From: Acutalibacteraceae bacterium
GTDB taxonomy: Bacteria > Bacillota > Clostridia > Oscillospirales > Acutalibacteraceae
Direction of reading: 5' to 3'
Assembly (NCBI GenBank): GCA_045604685.1
Contig: JAZUON010000007.1
Span: 10,197 to 74,196, forward strand
DNA length: 64,000 nucleotides
A program made the translations under genes and the position numbers. Below the pieces are notes generated by a model. That model worked only from the letters and a program-made list of their open reading frames with translations, had not been told where the DNA came from and did not search any database. This document shows positions 22,081 to 32,504 of the stretch, in pieces (the first letter of the stretch is position 1; each line of letters begins with the position of its first letter).

Positions 22081-22107
22081 TCCCTCGGTTTTCACCGAGG
22101 GATTTTT
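22081..22107 (+). terminator. intrinsic terminator after asnS
   Basis: TCCCTCGG-TTTTCA-CCGAGGGA followed by TTTTTG. Confidence 0.8.
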
Positions 22108-22116
22108 GTTTATTGA

Positions 22117-23973
22117 TTAAAATGCAAAGAATGAAACGATTTTATCAAAAACATCCTTAAGAATATTTATAAAATATCTGATGAACACCGGCAGCTTTGT
22201 GTTTCCGGGCATTTCGTCTGCCTCAGTTGCGCCGCTGTAGCTTTCAAGCACGGTTATACCGAAAGTCTTTTCAGCCGATTCAAAAACATTCTTTGTTTCC
22301 GAATAAGACACATTTATTCTGCCGCTCTTTGCTTCTTTCGCGGTTACGGTTATGTTAACACTTTCACCGGGGAGAAGCACCTTTCTGAACGAATAATCGG
22401 GCGTTACGGCGCCGTTATCGCACTCCACGGAATTGATAACAAATGTCTTTTCCTTGGAAACATTTTTAAGAATCATTGTGTATTCTTCCCTACCGTCCTC
22501 AAGGAGAAGGAAATTGCTGTTGGTATTTACAAATCTTATTGAAAGGGCTGATGTGGGTGATTCGCTCTGCATAAACTGAGGGAATTCGTAGGATGAATAT
22601 GCATCCTTGATATCATCGGTGAAAAGCAGAGCTTCAACAAGGGCAAGTGACCTTGGGCACCACTCAACCTGACCGTGAAAAAGGCCGTCAACAACCCATG
22701 TTCTGTGGGGCCAGTAGCCTGCGGAAAGGTCAATTGTTCTGTCGGGCGAAATGCTGTTTTTGCCGTTATCAACCGCCTGCACATAGTCCTCGGGGAAGGT
22801 TTCGCCGTAGGGTGCGCAGATTGCGCCTGTTGAATATTTTGTGTCAACAATGCAGTCCGAATATTCAGCCGAAGGAGTAACAAGATCAAAACCCGTGCAT
22901 GCCTTGATTGAAACAGTTGCTCCGTGCTCCGTTGCCTTTTCAAAGGTTTCGGTAATGTTGCCCATAAAGCCTTTATGGAAGTTCTTAACCGCCTTTATAA
23001 CCTCGGCATTTGCATCTTCATCAAGAAGCATCGCTGCATGCTCGTCAAACTCATCAACGGGAACCATCTGCCAGAAAGCAATACAGCCTTTCATAGGAGG
23101 TATAAGGATATTTTTACCGATATCGATTGCGCCTGCAATCCATTCGCCCTCAAGGAACGAAACAAGCTCCTCACTTTCGGAGAGCTTAAGCTCCATATGG
23201 AGAATATCGGAAAGAAGGTCAAGGATCACGGGGAAATTAAGGGTTACGCCGCCTTCGGAAAGCAAATCCGAAACAAAGGTTGAGCCGCCGAGAACAGGAG
23301 TATCAAAAACAACCTTATCGGTTTGTTCAAGCTCTGCATACTTATAAAGATACTGACCCACAACAAGGCTGCCCTGGCTGATTGAATAAATACTCACCTT
23401 TTCTGCGCCCGTAAGCTCAAGCACATCGTCAATATATGCCTTGAATTCATCAGCGACAACATCATAATCAACTCGCCAGTCATACATAAAGTTGAACACG
23501 TTTTCCTCACCGATGCGGTCTGCGATTGATTCCATATCAAGGAATTCGGAGCCCGTATAGGGCACATAATTGAGCATATCCTGCTCTTTGAATGCGGCAA
23601 GCGAGGTGTTTTCCGCGCCGCTGATAATAGGCTTCACATCATAGGCTGATGTGCCGTCATCATTAACTCTGATTGTTTCAATAATTCTTTCAACAATTGC
23701 CGAAAGCTGAACAACATAGCCCTCATCCTGCATCCAGATTTCAAGCTCACTCAATGCTTTTTCAAGAGTAAGGCTATCATCAATTCCTATTGCTTCAAGA
23801 ATCTTATCACCTGAAGGCGGGAATACTGCTTCGCCGTTCATGGCAAGGGCTGTTGCGCCGAAGCCCGACACCATAACAACGGGAGTGACTTTTGATGTTG
23901 CTGCCGCAAAGGGTATTGCTGCAAAGGCAACAACCGCAGCCATAATAAATGCTAAAAATCTTTTCATTTTCAT
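22117..23973 (-). CDS. secreted alpha/beta-hydrolase, lipase/LCAT-like, with C-terminal amphipathic tail
   Basis: 618 aa with a signal peptide (MKMKRFLAFIMAAVVAFAAIPFAAA), PVVMVSGFG and the nucleophile-elbow-like YSISQGS. The tail is FIRYFINILKDVFDKIVSFFAF. Confidence 0.55.
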   Translation of the reverse strand: MKMKRFLAFIMAAVVAFAAIPFAAATSKVTPVVMVSGFGATALAMNGEAVFPPSGDKILEAIGIDDSLTLEKALSELEIWMQDEGYVVQLSAIVERIIETIRVNDDGTSAYDVKPIISGAENTSLAAFKEQDMLNYVPYTGSEFLDMESIADRIGEENVFNFMYDWRVDYDVVADEFKAYIDDVLELTGAEKVSIYSISQGSLVVGQYLYKYAELEQTDKVVFDTPVLGGSTFVSDLLSEGGVTLNFPVILDLLSDILHMELKLSESEELVSFLEGEWIAGAIDIGKNILIPPMKGCIAFWQMVPVDEFDEHAAMLLDEDANAEVIKAVKNFHKGFMGNITETFEKATEHGATVSIKACTGFDLVTPSAEYSDCIVDTKYSTGAICAPYGETFPEDYVQAVDNGKNSISPDRTIDLSAGYWPHRTWVVDGLFHGQVEWCPRSLALVEALLFTDDIKDAYSSYEFPQFMQSESPTSALSIRFVNTNSNFLLLEDGREEYTMILKNVSKEKTFVINSVECDNGAVTPDYSFRKVLLPGESVNITVTAKEAKSGRINVSYSETKNVFESAEKTFGITVLESYSGATEADEMPGNTKLPVFIRYFINILKDVFDKIVSFFAF

Positions 23974-23978
23974 TCTCC

Positions 23979-24926
23979 TTATATTTCAAACTGCTTACGG
24001 TCAGCGGTTATGATTCCGTCTTTTACATTAAGACGGCAGATTCTTGCATTTCTTCTGTCGCCCTCAAGGCCGTCCTCTTCAGCATTGCGGGCGTGATAAA
24101 CCGCATACCACTCGTCTTTATGCTTAATCATTGAGTGGTGACCCGTGCCCTCCTCCCATTCATTGCTGTTAAGCACGGGGGCATAGGTTTTATCATCGGG
24201 ATATTTTTCAAATTTGATTTTGGTAAGGTCTGTTTCATCGGTTTTTGCCCTGGCATAACCGATGAAATATTTTTCATTTTCATAGCAGGCACCACTATAC
24301 ATTACATACTGCCAATCGCCTTCTTTGAAGTAAAATGCGCCCTCAAGGGTGTGCCAATGAATACCCTTTTCGTATCTGTCCCTGCAATATATTTCCTCAT
24401 CTATTGAGGCGGTTATAACGGGCACAGGCTTGCCCTCAACTGTTTCGGGATCAAGAAGCCTGTCAACAACAATATATGTGCCTATGCGGCTGCCCTCAAA
24501 GGTGTTGGTTGAATAGAAAATGAAGAGTCCGTTTTCGTTTTTGACAACATGGGAGTCAATCGAAAAAGGATGCAAAAGCTGCTTGGCATTTTCAAAGGGA
24601 CCGAGGGGATTTTTGCTTGAGGAAACGAACATTGCCTGATGATGTCCACCCTCATCGGGAATATCATCGTAATACTCAAATGAGTTATACATATAAAATG
24701 TACCGTCAAGCTCAATAACAGAGGGTGCCCAATAGTCATGCACTGTGGGATTATCATAACTGAAAACTCTGCCCTCAAACTGCCAGCCCGAAAGAAGCTC
24801 ATCCGAGGAATAGGCATAAATGCCGTCCTTGCCCGTGGTGTAGATATAAAATCTGCCGCCGCTTTCAAGAATAAACGGGTCTGCCTGGCCAATGTATTTC
24901 TCTTTATTTATTTCAAGTAACTGCAT
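23979..24926 (-). CDS. glycoside hydrolase family 43 (xylosidase/arabinofuranosidase-like)
   Basis: 315 aa with ADPFIL, WAPSVIELDGTFYMY and a five-bladed-propeller pattern. No signal peptide. Confidence 0.8.
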   Translation of the reverse strand: MQLLEINKEKYIGQADPFILESGGRFYIYTTGKDGIYAYSSDELLSGWQFEGRVFSYDNPTVHDYWAPSVIELDGTFYMYNSFEYYDDIPDEGGHHQAMFVSSSKNPLGPFENAKQLLHPFSIDSHVVKNENGLFIFYSTNTFEGSRIGTYIVVDRLLDPETVEGKPVPVITASIDEEIYCRDRYEKGIHWHTLEGAFYFKEGDWQYVMYSGACYENEKYFIGYARAKTDETDLTKIKFEKYPDDKTYAPVLNSNEWEEGTGHHSMIKHKDEWYAVYHARNAEEDGLEGDRRNARICRLNVKDGIITADRKQFEI

Positions 24927-24936
24927 AGCCTACCTC

Positions 24937-25227
24937 TTAAATCACATAATCAACTGCAACGCTGCTTTCTCTCACGGCATGCATATGGGTTTTGACAACC
25001 GAGCAATGGTAGGGGTCATTCTGATAGCTTTCAAGAGCCGCTTCATCATCAAGCACAACCTCAAGGATAAGGTCGTATGAACGCTCGGAATGAAGAAAAT
25101 CAATGCCCACCGCAATGTCACGAAGCTGAGGAACATTCCCTTTCATTGAAAGGAGCACTTCCTTTGCCCTTTCGCATTCTGCAGGGCTGTTATCCTTTAA
25201 TTTAAAGCAAACAATATGTTTTATCAT
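24937..25227 (-). CDS. Dabb (stress-responsive A/B-barrel) family protein
   Basis: MIKHIVCFKLKDN...HSERSYDLILEVVLDDEAALESYQNDPYH. The internal ATG at 25227 gives the canonical ~96-aa protein. Confidence 0.75.
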   Translation of the reverse strand: MIKHIVCFKLKDNSPAECERAKEVLLSMKGNVPQLRDIAVGIDFLHSERSYDLILEVVLDDEAALESYQNDPYHCSVVKTHMHAVRESSVAVDYVI

Positions 25228-25307
25228 AAACCACACACTTCCCATATTACAATTTTGTTGAAATTGTAACATATTTCAGCATTTTTTTCAATACAAAGAA
25301 ACAAAAA

Positions 25308-25333
25308 AATCCGACAGCCGAAGCCATCGGATT
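25308..25333 (-). terminator. intrinsic terminator after pyrI
   Basis: On the minus strand: AATCCGA-loop-TCGGATT followed by TTTTTTTG. Confidence 0.75.
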
Positions 25334-25339
25334 TTGAAA

Positions 25340-25756
25340 TTATTTTGCTTTTGACTCGCAGTAAATGCAGCGGTATGTCTCTGTTTCTGCATTTGTGAGC
25401 TTGAAAATATGGGGCAAATCCTGCTCCGTTGTTGTTATGCAGCGGGGATTTTTGCACTTAACAACATCCTTTATCATTGCAGGAAGAGTCAGCTTTTTCT
25501 TTTCGCAAAGCTGCTCATTTTTGATTATATTAACCGTGATGTTGGGGTCAATATAACCCAGCACCTCAAGATCAACCTCCATTTCGGAGTCAATTTTAAT
25601 TATATCCTTGCGTCCCATTTTTTTGCTGCTTACATTTTTGATAATGGCAACGGTGCAATCCAGCTTATCAAGCTCAAGATGCTTATAGATATCCATGCAC
25701 TTACCTGCTTTGATATGGTCAATTACAACGCCGTTTTTGATAGAATCAATATGCAT
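25340..25756 (-). CDS. pyrI: aspartate carbamoyltransferase regulatory subunit
   Basis: 138 aa with IKNGVVIDHI and C-terminal Zn cysteines (CKNPRC...CIYC). Confidence 0.92.
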   Translation of the reverse strand: MHIDSIKNGVVIDHIKAGKCMDIYKHLELDKLDCTVAIIKNVSSKKMGRKDIIKIDSEMEVDLEVLGYIDPNITVNIIKNEQLCEKKKLTLPAMIKDVVKCKNPRCITTTEQDLPHIFKLTNAETETYRCIYCESKAK

Positions 25757-26671
25757 TTACTCCACCTCCAGCAGTTTAAGAATAAGAGCCATACGGATGA
25801 ATTTGCCGTTAAGCACCTGCCTGAAATAGCAAGCTCTGGGGTCTGCATCAACAGAGGTATGAATCTCATTAACTCTGGGCAGCGGATGAAGAATTGCAAG
25901 GTCGCTCTTGGCATTTGACAGCTTTGAGGGAGTGAGAATATAGCTGTCCTTAAGCCTGAGGTAATCCTCCTCGTTGAAGAAGCGCTCACGCTGAACCCTT
26001 GTCATATAAAGAATATCAAGCTCGGGCATTACTGCACTTAAATCCGTTGTTTCAACATACTCAATGCCCTTTGCATCAAGGGTTTCCTTTTTAAGATATC
26101 CGGGAAGCTGAAGCTCATAAGGTGAGATAAGCACAACCTTAATACCCGTGTATCTTGACATAGCCTCAATAAGAGAATGAACCGTTCTGCCAAACTTAAG
26201 GTCACCGCAGAAGCCAATTGTAAGATTATCGAGCCTGCCTTTTTCACGCTTGATTGTAAGCAGGTCGGTAAGGGTCTGGGTGGGGTGGTTATGGCCGCCG
26301 TCACCTGCATTGATAATGGGAACACTTGCTGCCATTGAAGCAACAAGGGGTGCTCCCTCCTTGGGGTGGCGCATAGCAATAATATCCGCATAGCAGCTTA
26401 CCGTTCTTGCGGTATCTGCAACGCTTTCACCCTTCGCGGCTGAGGAGGAGTTGGCCTCCGAAAAGCCGAGCACCTGACCGCCAAGCTCATACATTGCAGC
26501 CTCAAAGCTGAGGCGTGTTCTTGTTGACGGCTCAAAGAAAAGGGTTGCGAGCTTTTTATAACGGCACTTATCACGGTATTTTACGGGATTTGCAATAATA
26601 TCCTCGGCAACCGCAATAAGTTCATCAATTTCTTCTGTTGAGAGCGAAAGAATGTCTATAAGACTTCTCAT
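25757..26671 (-). CDS. pyrB: aspartate carbamoyltransferase catalytic subunit
   Basis: 304 aa with STRTR, HPTQ and HPLPR motifs. Confidence 0.95.
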   Translation of the reverse strand: MRSLIDILSLSTEEIDELIAVAEDIIANPVKYRDKCRYKKLATLFFEPSTRTRLSFEAAMYELGGQVLGFSEANSSSAAKGESVADTARTVSCYADIIAMRHPKEGAPLVASMAASVPIINAGDGGHNHPTQTLTDLLTIKREKGRLDNLTIGFCGDLKFGRTVHSLIEAMSRYTGIKVVLISPYELQLPGYLKKETLDAKGIEYVETTDLSAVMPELDILYMTRVQRERFFNEEDYLRLKDSYILTPSKLSNAKSDLAILHPLPRVNEIHTSVDADPRACYFRQVLNGKFIRMALILKLLEVE

Positions 26672-27306
26672 TTTGCTCCCCCTATCCAGCTTTCGTCGGA
26701 GGGGTTATTTCTGAAAGCGATAAGACGGGCAACATCCTCGGGCTTGATATAGCCGATTTCCGCTGCTACTTCTGCTATAACATCAAGGTTTGTAAGGCTG
26801 ACATTCTTAACATTTGCTGCTGCAAGTCTGTCAAGACCCTTCTTCATGCCGTAGGTGAAAATGCTGGCGATACCAAGCACCTCTGCGCCTGCTTCACGGA
26901 GAGCTTCAACAACCTCAATTACGCTGCCGCCTGTTGAAATAAGGTCCTCAATAACAACAACCTTCTGACCCTTTTCCAGCTTGCCTTCAATCTGGTTGCC
27001 TCTGCCGTGGTCCTTTGCACCTGAGCGAACATAACCCATAGGCATATCAAGCATATGAGCTGTGATTGCAGCGTGTGCGATGCCTGCGGTTGATGTGCCC
27101 ATAAGCACCTCTGCATCGGGATAATGATTCTTAACAATTTCTGCAAGACCCTTTTCAACATCTGTTCTTACTGCGGGGGCGGTAAGGGTGAGTCTGTTGT
27201 CACAGTAAATGGGGCTTTTGATTCCGCTTGCCCATGTGAAGGGCTCTTCAGGGCGGAGAAAAACCGCACCGATTGAAAGTAAATCTTTTGCAATAAGCTT
27301 TTCCAT
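26668..27306 (-). CDS. pyrE: orotate phosphoribosyltransferase
   Basis: 212 aa with the PRPP-binding motif [13 protein letters not shown]. Has a 4-nt overlap with pyrB. Confidence 0.93.
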   Translation of the reverse strand: MEKLIAKDLLSIGAVFLRPEEPFTWASGIKSPIYCDNRLTLTAPAVRTDVEKGLAEIVKNHYPDAEVLMGTSTAGIAHAAITAHMLDMPMGYVRSGAKDHGRGNQIEGKLEKGQKVVVIEDLISTGGSVIEVVEALREAGAEVLGIASIFTYGMKKGLDRLAAANVKNVSLTNLDVIAEVAAEIGYIKPEDVARLIAFRNNPSDESWIGGAK

Positions 27307-27336
27307 ATATATAACCTCCTGAGTATTATTAACGAA

Positions 27337-28035
27337 TTAACCTACGAACTCGGCAACACATCTTCTATATGCTGCAACTGGATCTTCCGCAGCGGTGATG
27401 GGTCTGCCCACAACAATGTAGTCCGAGCCAAGCTCCTTTGCCTTTGCAGGAGTTGTAACTCTTACCTGGTCGCCGATATCGCCGTCTGCAAAACGAACGC
27501 CGGGGGTAACGGTAAGGAATTTTTCGCCGCATCTGCCGTGAACCTTGCCGCTTTCAAGAGGCGAGCAAACAACGCCGTCAAGGCCTGCCTTTTCAGCATT
27601 TGAAGCATAGTGCATAACAACCTCATCAAGAGGCTTATCGATAAGAAGCTGCTCTCTCATTCTCTCCTCGCTGGTTGAGGTAAGCTGAGTTACAGCAATG
27701 AGAAGAGGTCTTGTGCCGTCTGCTCTTGTAAGGCCTTCGATAGCAGCCTGCATCATTTCAATTGTGCCGCTTGCATGAAGGTTTGTCATGTCAACATCAA
27801 GGCCGCTGAGAACGCTCATAGCTTTCTTAACAGTGTTGGGAATATCGCAGAGCTTGAGGTCAAGGAAGATTTTATGACCTCTTGCCTTGATTTCCTTAAC
27901 GATTGAGGGACCCTCGGCATAGAAAAGCTCCATACCGATTTTTACATAAGGCTTTTCCTCAGTGAACTTATCGAGAAAACCCATTACTGCCTGCTTGCTG
28001 CTGAAATCGCAAGCTACGATTACGTCTTTACCCAT
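27337..28035 (-). CDS. pyrF: orotidine-5'-phosphate decarboxylase
   Basis: VACDF..., [13 protein letters not shown] and VGRPI motifs. The ATG at 28035 overlaps the pyrD stop. The track uses a GTG at 28044. Confidence 0.93.
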   Translation of the reverse strand: MGKDVIVACDFSSKQAVMGFLDKFTEEKPYVKIGMELFYAEGPSIVKEIKARGHKIFLDLKLCDIPNTVKKAMSVLSGLDVDMTNLHASGTIEMMQAAIEGLTRADGTRPLLIAVTQLTSTSEERMREQLLIDKPLDEVVMHYASNAEKAGLDGVVCSPLESGKVHGRCGEKFLTVTPGVRFADGDIGDQVRVTTPAKAKELGSDYIVVGRPITAAEDPVAAYRRCVAEFVG

Positions 28036-28945
28036 TGTGTGCACATCCTTTTATATCATTTAAATTTTTAATACCGTATTTTTCCATAACTGCAGGAAGC
28101 TCTTCAACGATTTCCTTGCAGATATAGGGGTTTACAAGGTTTGCCGCGCCGACCTCAACAGCTGTTGCGCCTGCCATAATATATTCTATAACGTCATTTG
28201 CGCTTGATACGCCGCCCATTCCCACAACAGGGATGTTGACTGCGCTGCTGACCTGATAGACCATTCTGATGCCTACGGGCTTTATTGCTGCACCCGAAAA
28301 GCCGCCCATTTTGTTGGCGATAACGGGTTTGCCCGTTTTAAGGTCAATTCTCATTCCGAGAAGTGTATTGATAAGGCTGATGCCGTCTGCCCCTGCAGCT
28401 TCGCAAGCCTTTGCTATTGCAACGATATCCGTTACGTTGGGTGAAAGCTTAATAATAACGGGCTTTGTTGTTACCGCCTTAACGGCTTTTGTAACCTCCG
28501 CCGCAGCCTCGGGCGATGTGCCGAAGCTCATTCCACCGCCGTGAACATTGGGGCAGCTTATATTAACCTCAAGCCAACCCACCTGCTCCTCTTTATCCAA
28601 TTTTTCGCATGTATAAGCATACTCATCAAGCGAAAATCCGCTTACATTTGCCATAACGGGCTTTGAAAAACACTTTGCCAACCTGGGAAGCTCGTCACTG
28701 ATAACCTTTTCAACACCCGGATTTTGCAGACCCACGGCATTAATCATTCCGCTGTCACACTCCGCAATTCTGGGCGTAGGATTGCCGAAGCGTGAATCCT
28801 TTGTTGTTCCCTTGAATGAAAACGTGCCGAGGCAGTTGATATCGTAAAGCTCTGCGAATTCATAACCGAAGCCGAAAGTACCCGATGCGGGGATAACGGG
28901 ATTATCAAGCTCAATTCCGCAAAGATTAACCTTAGTGTTTACCAT
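28028..28945 (-). CDS. pyrD: dihydroorotate dehydrogenase 1B, catalytic subunit
   Basis: 305 aa with ASGTFG, NISCPN and GGV...D motifs. It is paired with pyrK. Confidence 0.93.
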   Translation of the reverse strand: MVNTKVNLCGIELDNPVIPASGTFGFGYEFAELYDINCLGTFSFKGTTKDSRFGNPTPRIAECDSGMINAVGLQNPGVEKVISDELPRLAKCFSKPVMANVSGFSLDEYAYTCEKLDKEEQVGWLEVNISCPNVHGGGMSFGTSPEAAAEVTKAVKAVTTKPVIIKLSPNVTDIVAIAKACEAAGADGISLINTLLGMRIDLKTGKPVIANKMGGFSGAAIKPVGIRMVYQVSSAVNIPVVGMGGVSSANDVIEYIMAGATAVEVGAANLVNPYICKEIVEELPAVMEKYGIKNLNDIKGCAHNG

Positions 28946-29670
28946 ATAATCTCCTCCCTTTCAAGCACGGGACCGTCCCTGCAAATTCTCTTGTAGCCGT
29001 ATTTTGTTTTGCATGAGCAGCCCATGCATGCGCCGAAGCCGCAGCCCATGCGCTCCTCAAAGCTGTACTGACCGCTTGTTGCAGCTGTTTTTTCAATAGC
29101 CCTGAACATGGGCATAGGGCCGCAGGTATAGAAATAATCGTATTCAATATCCTTAAGCACATCGGTAACAAATCCCTTTGCACCCGCAGAACCGTCAACG
29201 GTTGAAACATAAACTTTTGCGCCGAGAGCCTCAAATTCATCCTTATAAAAAATCTCACTTTCGGTATTGAAACCGAGGATAACGGAAACACTCTTGCCCT
29301 GAGCAATGAGCTTTTTGCAAAGATTATAGAGAGGAGGCACGCCTACGCCGCCGCCGATAAGAGCAACCTTTGAGCCGCTTTTATCGGGGTCAAATCCGTT
29401 GCCCAGACCGCAAAGCACATCAAGCATTTCACCTTCAGTGAGCTTTGCCATGGCCTCGGTGCCCTGACCGACAACCTTATAGATAATAGTTATTGTTTTG
29501 TCATCGTAATCGCAGATTGAAATGGGTCTGCGAAGATAAAAGCCCTCAAGCTGAATGTTGATAAACTGACCCGGAGCAGTTATATGAGAAGTTTCGCCTG
29601 CAAGAATCATTTTATAAACATCCTTGGTCAGCGCTTTGTTCTCAAGAATTTCGTAAATTCCTCTGTTCAT
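28939..29670 (-). CDS. pyrK: dihydroorotate dehydrogenase electron-transfer subunit
   Basis: FAD/NAD-binding fold (RRPISI) and a C-terminal 2Fe-2S cysteine cluster (CGFGACMGCSC). The ATG at 29670 forms ATGA with the pyrC stop and follows an AGGGAG RBS. The track ORF starts at 29691. Confidence 0.9.
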   Translation of the reverse strand: MNRGIYEILENKALTKDVYKMILAGETSHITAPGQFINIQLEGFYLRRPISICDYDDKTITIIYKVVGQGTEAMAKLTEGEMLDVLCGLGNGFDPDKSGSKVALIGGGVGVPPLYNLCKKLIAQGKSVSVILGFNTESEIFYKDEFEALGAKVYVSTVDGSAGAKGFVTDVLKDIEYDYFYTCGPMPMFRAIEKTAATSGQYSFEERMGCGFGACMGCSCKTKYGYKRICRDGPVLEREEIIW

Positions 29671-30917
29671 CTGTTTTCTCCCTTCTGCCAAACGATTTTG
29701 CCGCCCTTAACTGTCATCAGGCATTCGCCGTAAACCTCGCAGCCTTCAAAGGGAGTTGCCCTGCCTTTGGAAATAAAATCGTCGGGATTAATTGTGTATT
29801 TGCTGTTCAAATCAAACACCGTAAAATCGGCAGGCATACCCTCTGCAAGGGAGCTGTTGAAACCAAACCGCTTTGCAGGATTTGTGCTCATAAGCTCAAC
29901 AAGCCTGTCCATGGTGATGATGTTTGTTTTAACAAGATGTGTATAAAGCAGCGGAAATGCGGTTTCGATTCCTACAATTCCCATTGCGCTTTTTTCGAGA
30001 CCCCTGCCCTTTTCTTCTGCAGAATGCGGTGCATGGTCCGTTGCAATCATATCAATTGTGCCATCGCAGATTCCTTCAATCAAAGCAAGTCTGTCACTTT
30101 CGTCGCGCAGAGGCGGATTCATTTTGAATCTGCCGTGCTCCTGCATATCCTTATCGCTCAGAATGAGATAATGGGGCGCGGTTTCGCAGGTTACATCAAC
30201 GCCTGCCGCCTTGGCTTTGCGGATGAGGTCAACGCTCTCCTTGGTTGAAATGTGGCAGACATGATATGGGCAGCCCGTTTCAGCCGCAAGCCTCAGGTCA
30301 CGCTCAATGGGCTTCCATTCGCTTTCGGAGCAGATTCCTCTGTGACCGTGCTCAGCGGCATATTTGCCTGCATGAATGTATCCACCGTTAAGGAGTGAAT
30401 TATCCTCGCAATGAGCAACAATCATTTTGCCGAGAGCCTTTGCTTTAAGCATCGCCTCGCGCATCATATCCTCGCTCTGCACGCCCTTGCCGTCATCAGA
30501 AAAAGCGCATACATCCCCTGTCATTGCATCCATATCGGAAAGCTCGCCGCCATTCTGACCAACGGTTATTGCGCCGTAAGGCATAACGCTGATAACAGCA
30601 TCATCTGCAATCAGCTTAAGCTGCTCTGCAAGGTTCGCCGCATTATCGGGCACGGGGTTGAGATTAGGCATTGAGCAAACTGTTGTGTAGCCGCCCCTTG
30701 CGCAGGCGCGGGTGCCCGTTGCAACGGTTTCTTTATAAGAAAATCCCGGCTCTCTGAGATGAACATGAACATCAATAAAGCCGGGAAAAACAGCACAGTT
30801 ATTAAATTCAAAAACGGTATCGTAGGCACCGCCAAAGACGCCACCTGAAACACTGATATCGGCAGGATTGCCCTGCCCGTTTATTTTACAGCCTTTTACA
30901 GTAAAGCCCATAGTCAA
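29667..30917 (-). CDS. pyrC: dihydroorotase
   Basis: 416 aa with DVHVHLREPG and ATDHAPH amidohydrolase motifs. Confidence 0.93.
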   Translation of the reverse strand: MTMGFTVKGCKINGQGNPADISVSGGVFGGAYDTVFEFNNCAVFPGFIDVHVHLREPGFSYKETVATGTRACARGGYTTVCSMPNLNPVPDNAANLAEQLKLIADDAVISVMPYGAITVGQNGGELSDMDAMTGDVCAFSDDGKGVQSEDMMREAMLKAKALGKMIVAHCEDNSLLNGGYIHAGKYAAEHGHRGICSESEWKPIERDLRLAAETGCPYHVCHISTKESVDLIRKAKAAGVDVTCETAPHYLILSDKDMQEHGRFKMNPPLRDESDRLALIEGICDGTIDMIATDHAPHSAEEKGRGLEKSAMGIVGIETAFPLLYTHLVKTNIITMDRLVELMSTNPAKRFGFNSSLAEGMPADFTVFDLNSKYTINPDDFISKGRATPFEGCEVYGECLMTVKGGKIVWQKGENR

Positions 30918-30941
30918 ACCCTTTCATCAGTTACTTTATTA

Positions 30942-30969
30942 AGTATACCATATTAAAAGAAAAAGTCAA
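30942..30969 (-). promoter_or_regulatory. putative sigma-A promoter of the pyr operon
   Basis: On the minus strand: TTGACT-16 nt-TATACT with an extended TG. About 25 nt upstream of the pyrC ATG. Confidence 0.5.
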
Positions 30970-30987
30970 CCTTTAAAAACAAAAATA

Positions 30988-31011
30988 ATGGGCAGAGTTG
31001 ATTCTGCCCAT
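30988..31011 (-). terminator. intrinsic terminator after the GDPD gene
   Basis: On the minus strand: ATGGGCAG-loop-CTGCCCAT followed by TATTTTTGTTTTT. Confidence 0.7.
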
Positions 31012-31015
31012 CACA

Positions 31016-31864
31016 TTATTTACAGAGAATATCACTCTCAATATACCTTACACCAAGGTCATAGAGCTTCCTTGCTTTTTCAATAGTATTAACCGTCCAG
31101 AAAGAAACGCCTATCCCTGCTTCAAGGGCAAGTTTTATTGAATCCGCATCATTTTCATCATAATTGGGTGAAAGCCACACATTTGAACCTATTGCCTGAG
31201 CCTCCGCAATTCTTTCGGGGGTAATTTTACCGATAAGATACCAAAGCTCAATGCTGCTGTCAATTTTATTGATAGCCTTAAGCTGCTCAAGGTCAAAGGA
31301 AATAACTATTGCGCTTTTTTCAAGACCCTTTGCCTTCACGGCATCAACAACGGTGTAAAGCAGGTCGTAGGTTTCGCTTTTAATCTCAATCTGAGGGCGG
31401 GTGTTTGTGCCCACAAAAACATCAAGGTATTCCTCGAATGAACACATTTTAAGCCCCTCATATGCCCAGAAATTTGAGCCGTGCTTGTATGTAAAGCTTC
31501 TTGCTTCATCATAGGTAAAATCTTCAATTTTCCCCTTCTGACAGTAAAGGGAATCAACGGTATCATTATGAAGAACAACCCATTTATTATCCTTTGTGAG
31601 TCTGATATCACACTCCGCCGTATAATAGCCCAGTTCAACGGATTTTTTGAATGCAGGCAGGCTGTTTTCAGGCGCAACGGAGCTTACGCCTCTGTGGGCG
31701 GTAAGATAAACCGGGTCATCCTTTGTGCCGATGCCGTTTTCGCTGAGTGAAATGCGGGTTTTGGGCTTATTGGTCATTTTATAGATATGTATAAAAGGCA
31801 ATGCAGGGCACTTAAACAGCGGCACACCCACCTTTGAAATCAACTTGTTTTTAAATGAAAGCAT
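31016..31864 (-). CDS. glycerophosphodiester phosphodiesterase family protein
   Basis: LTAHRGVSSVAPENSLPAFKKSVELGYYTAECDIRLTKDNKWVVLHNDTVD is the GDPD signature. The true start may be an internal Met. Confidence 0.8.
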   Translation of the reverse strand: MLSFKNKLISKVGVPLFKCPALPFIHIYKMTNKPKTRISLSENGIGTKDDPVYLTAHRGVSSVAPENSLPAFKKSVELGYYTAECDIRLTKDNKWVVLHNDTVDSLYCQKGKIEDFTYDEARSFTYKHGSNFWAYEGLKMCSFEEYLDVFVGTNTRPQIEIKSETYDLLYTVVDAVKAKGLEKSAIVISFDLEQLKAINKIDSSIELWYLIGKITPERIAEAQAIGSNVWLSPNYDENDADSIKLALEAGIGVSFWTVNTIEKARKLYDLGVRYIESDILCK

Positions 31865-31980
31865 ACATAACTCCCCTTTCTTTGTTTAACCTTTGTAATC
31901 GTACATCAATCGCGAGAAAAAGTCAATTAATTTATTGCCAAAAGCACTGCAAAATGTTATATTTTATTCGGGTGATAATT

Positions 31981-32463
31981 ATGAAAAAAGATATTGAAAT
32001 CAGATTTGCAAACGAAAACGATGTTGAAACCGTTTTGGATTTTATCCTCAGACTTGCGGAATACGAAAAAATGCTTGGGGATGTTGTTGCAACCCCCGAG
32101 CTGCTCAAAGAATGGATTTTCGAAAAGAAGAAAGCAGAGGTTATTTTTGCAATCGAGGACGGCAAAGAGGTTGGCTTCGCATTATTCTTCCATAACTTCT
32201 CAACCTTCCTCGGCAGGGCCGGAATTTACCTTGAGGACCTTTTTGTGCTGCCCGAGCACAGAGGCAATGGCTATGGCAAAGGGCTGCTGAAAGCCCTCGC
32301 AAAAATCGCTTGCGAAAGAGGCTGCGGCAGGCTTGAATGGAGCTGCCTTGACTGGAACAAACCGAGCATTGATTTTTATTTATCTCTTGGCGCTACTCCC
32401 ATGGATGAATGGACGGTATACCGAATTGCAGGCGAAAAATTAAAAGAATTTGCGGAACAATGA
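31981..32463 (+). CDS. GNAT family N-acetyltransferase (diamine/SSAT-like)
   Basis: 160 aa. The acetyl-CoA motif is VLPEHRGNGYGKGLLKAL. The ATG at 31981 is internal to the track ORF that starts at 31855. Confidence 0.8.
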   Translation: MKKDIEIRFANENDVETVLDFILRLAEYEKMLGDVVATPELLKEWIFEKKKAEVIFAIEDGKEVGFALFFHNFSTFLGRAGIYLEDLFVLPEHRGNGYGKGLLKALAKIACERGCGRLEWSCLDWNKPSIDFYLSLGATPMDEWTVYRIAGEKLKEFAEQ

Positions 32464-32504
32464 GCAAAGCCGACGGCACATGAATTTGTACCGTCGGCTG
32501 TTCC

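Noticed and set aside
22536-23347. Several 77-168-aa ORFs on both strands inside the lipase-like gene.
   Set aside because: They are nested within, or antisense to, a 618-aa ORF that has a signal peptide and alpha/beta-hydrolase features. No independent support.
25224-25457. A 77-aa minus-strand ORF spanning the pyrI terminator region.
   Set aside because: It overlaps the pyrI 3' end and the terminator hairpin, and has no RBS. The region is better explained as intergenic sequence plus the Dabb gene promoter.
30918-31015. Searched for a PyrR-type attenuator or riboswitch upstream of pyrC.
   Set aside because: The region holds only the terminator of the upstream GDPD gene, a promoter-like element and a ~25-nt leader. 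There is no room for an attenuator structure.
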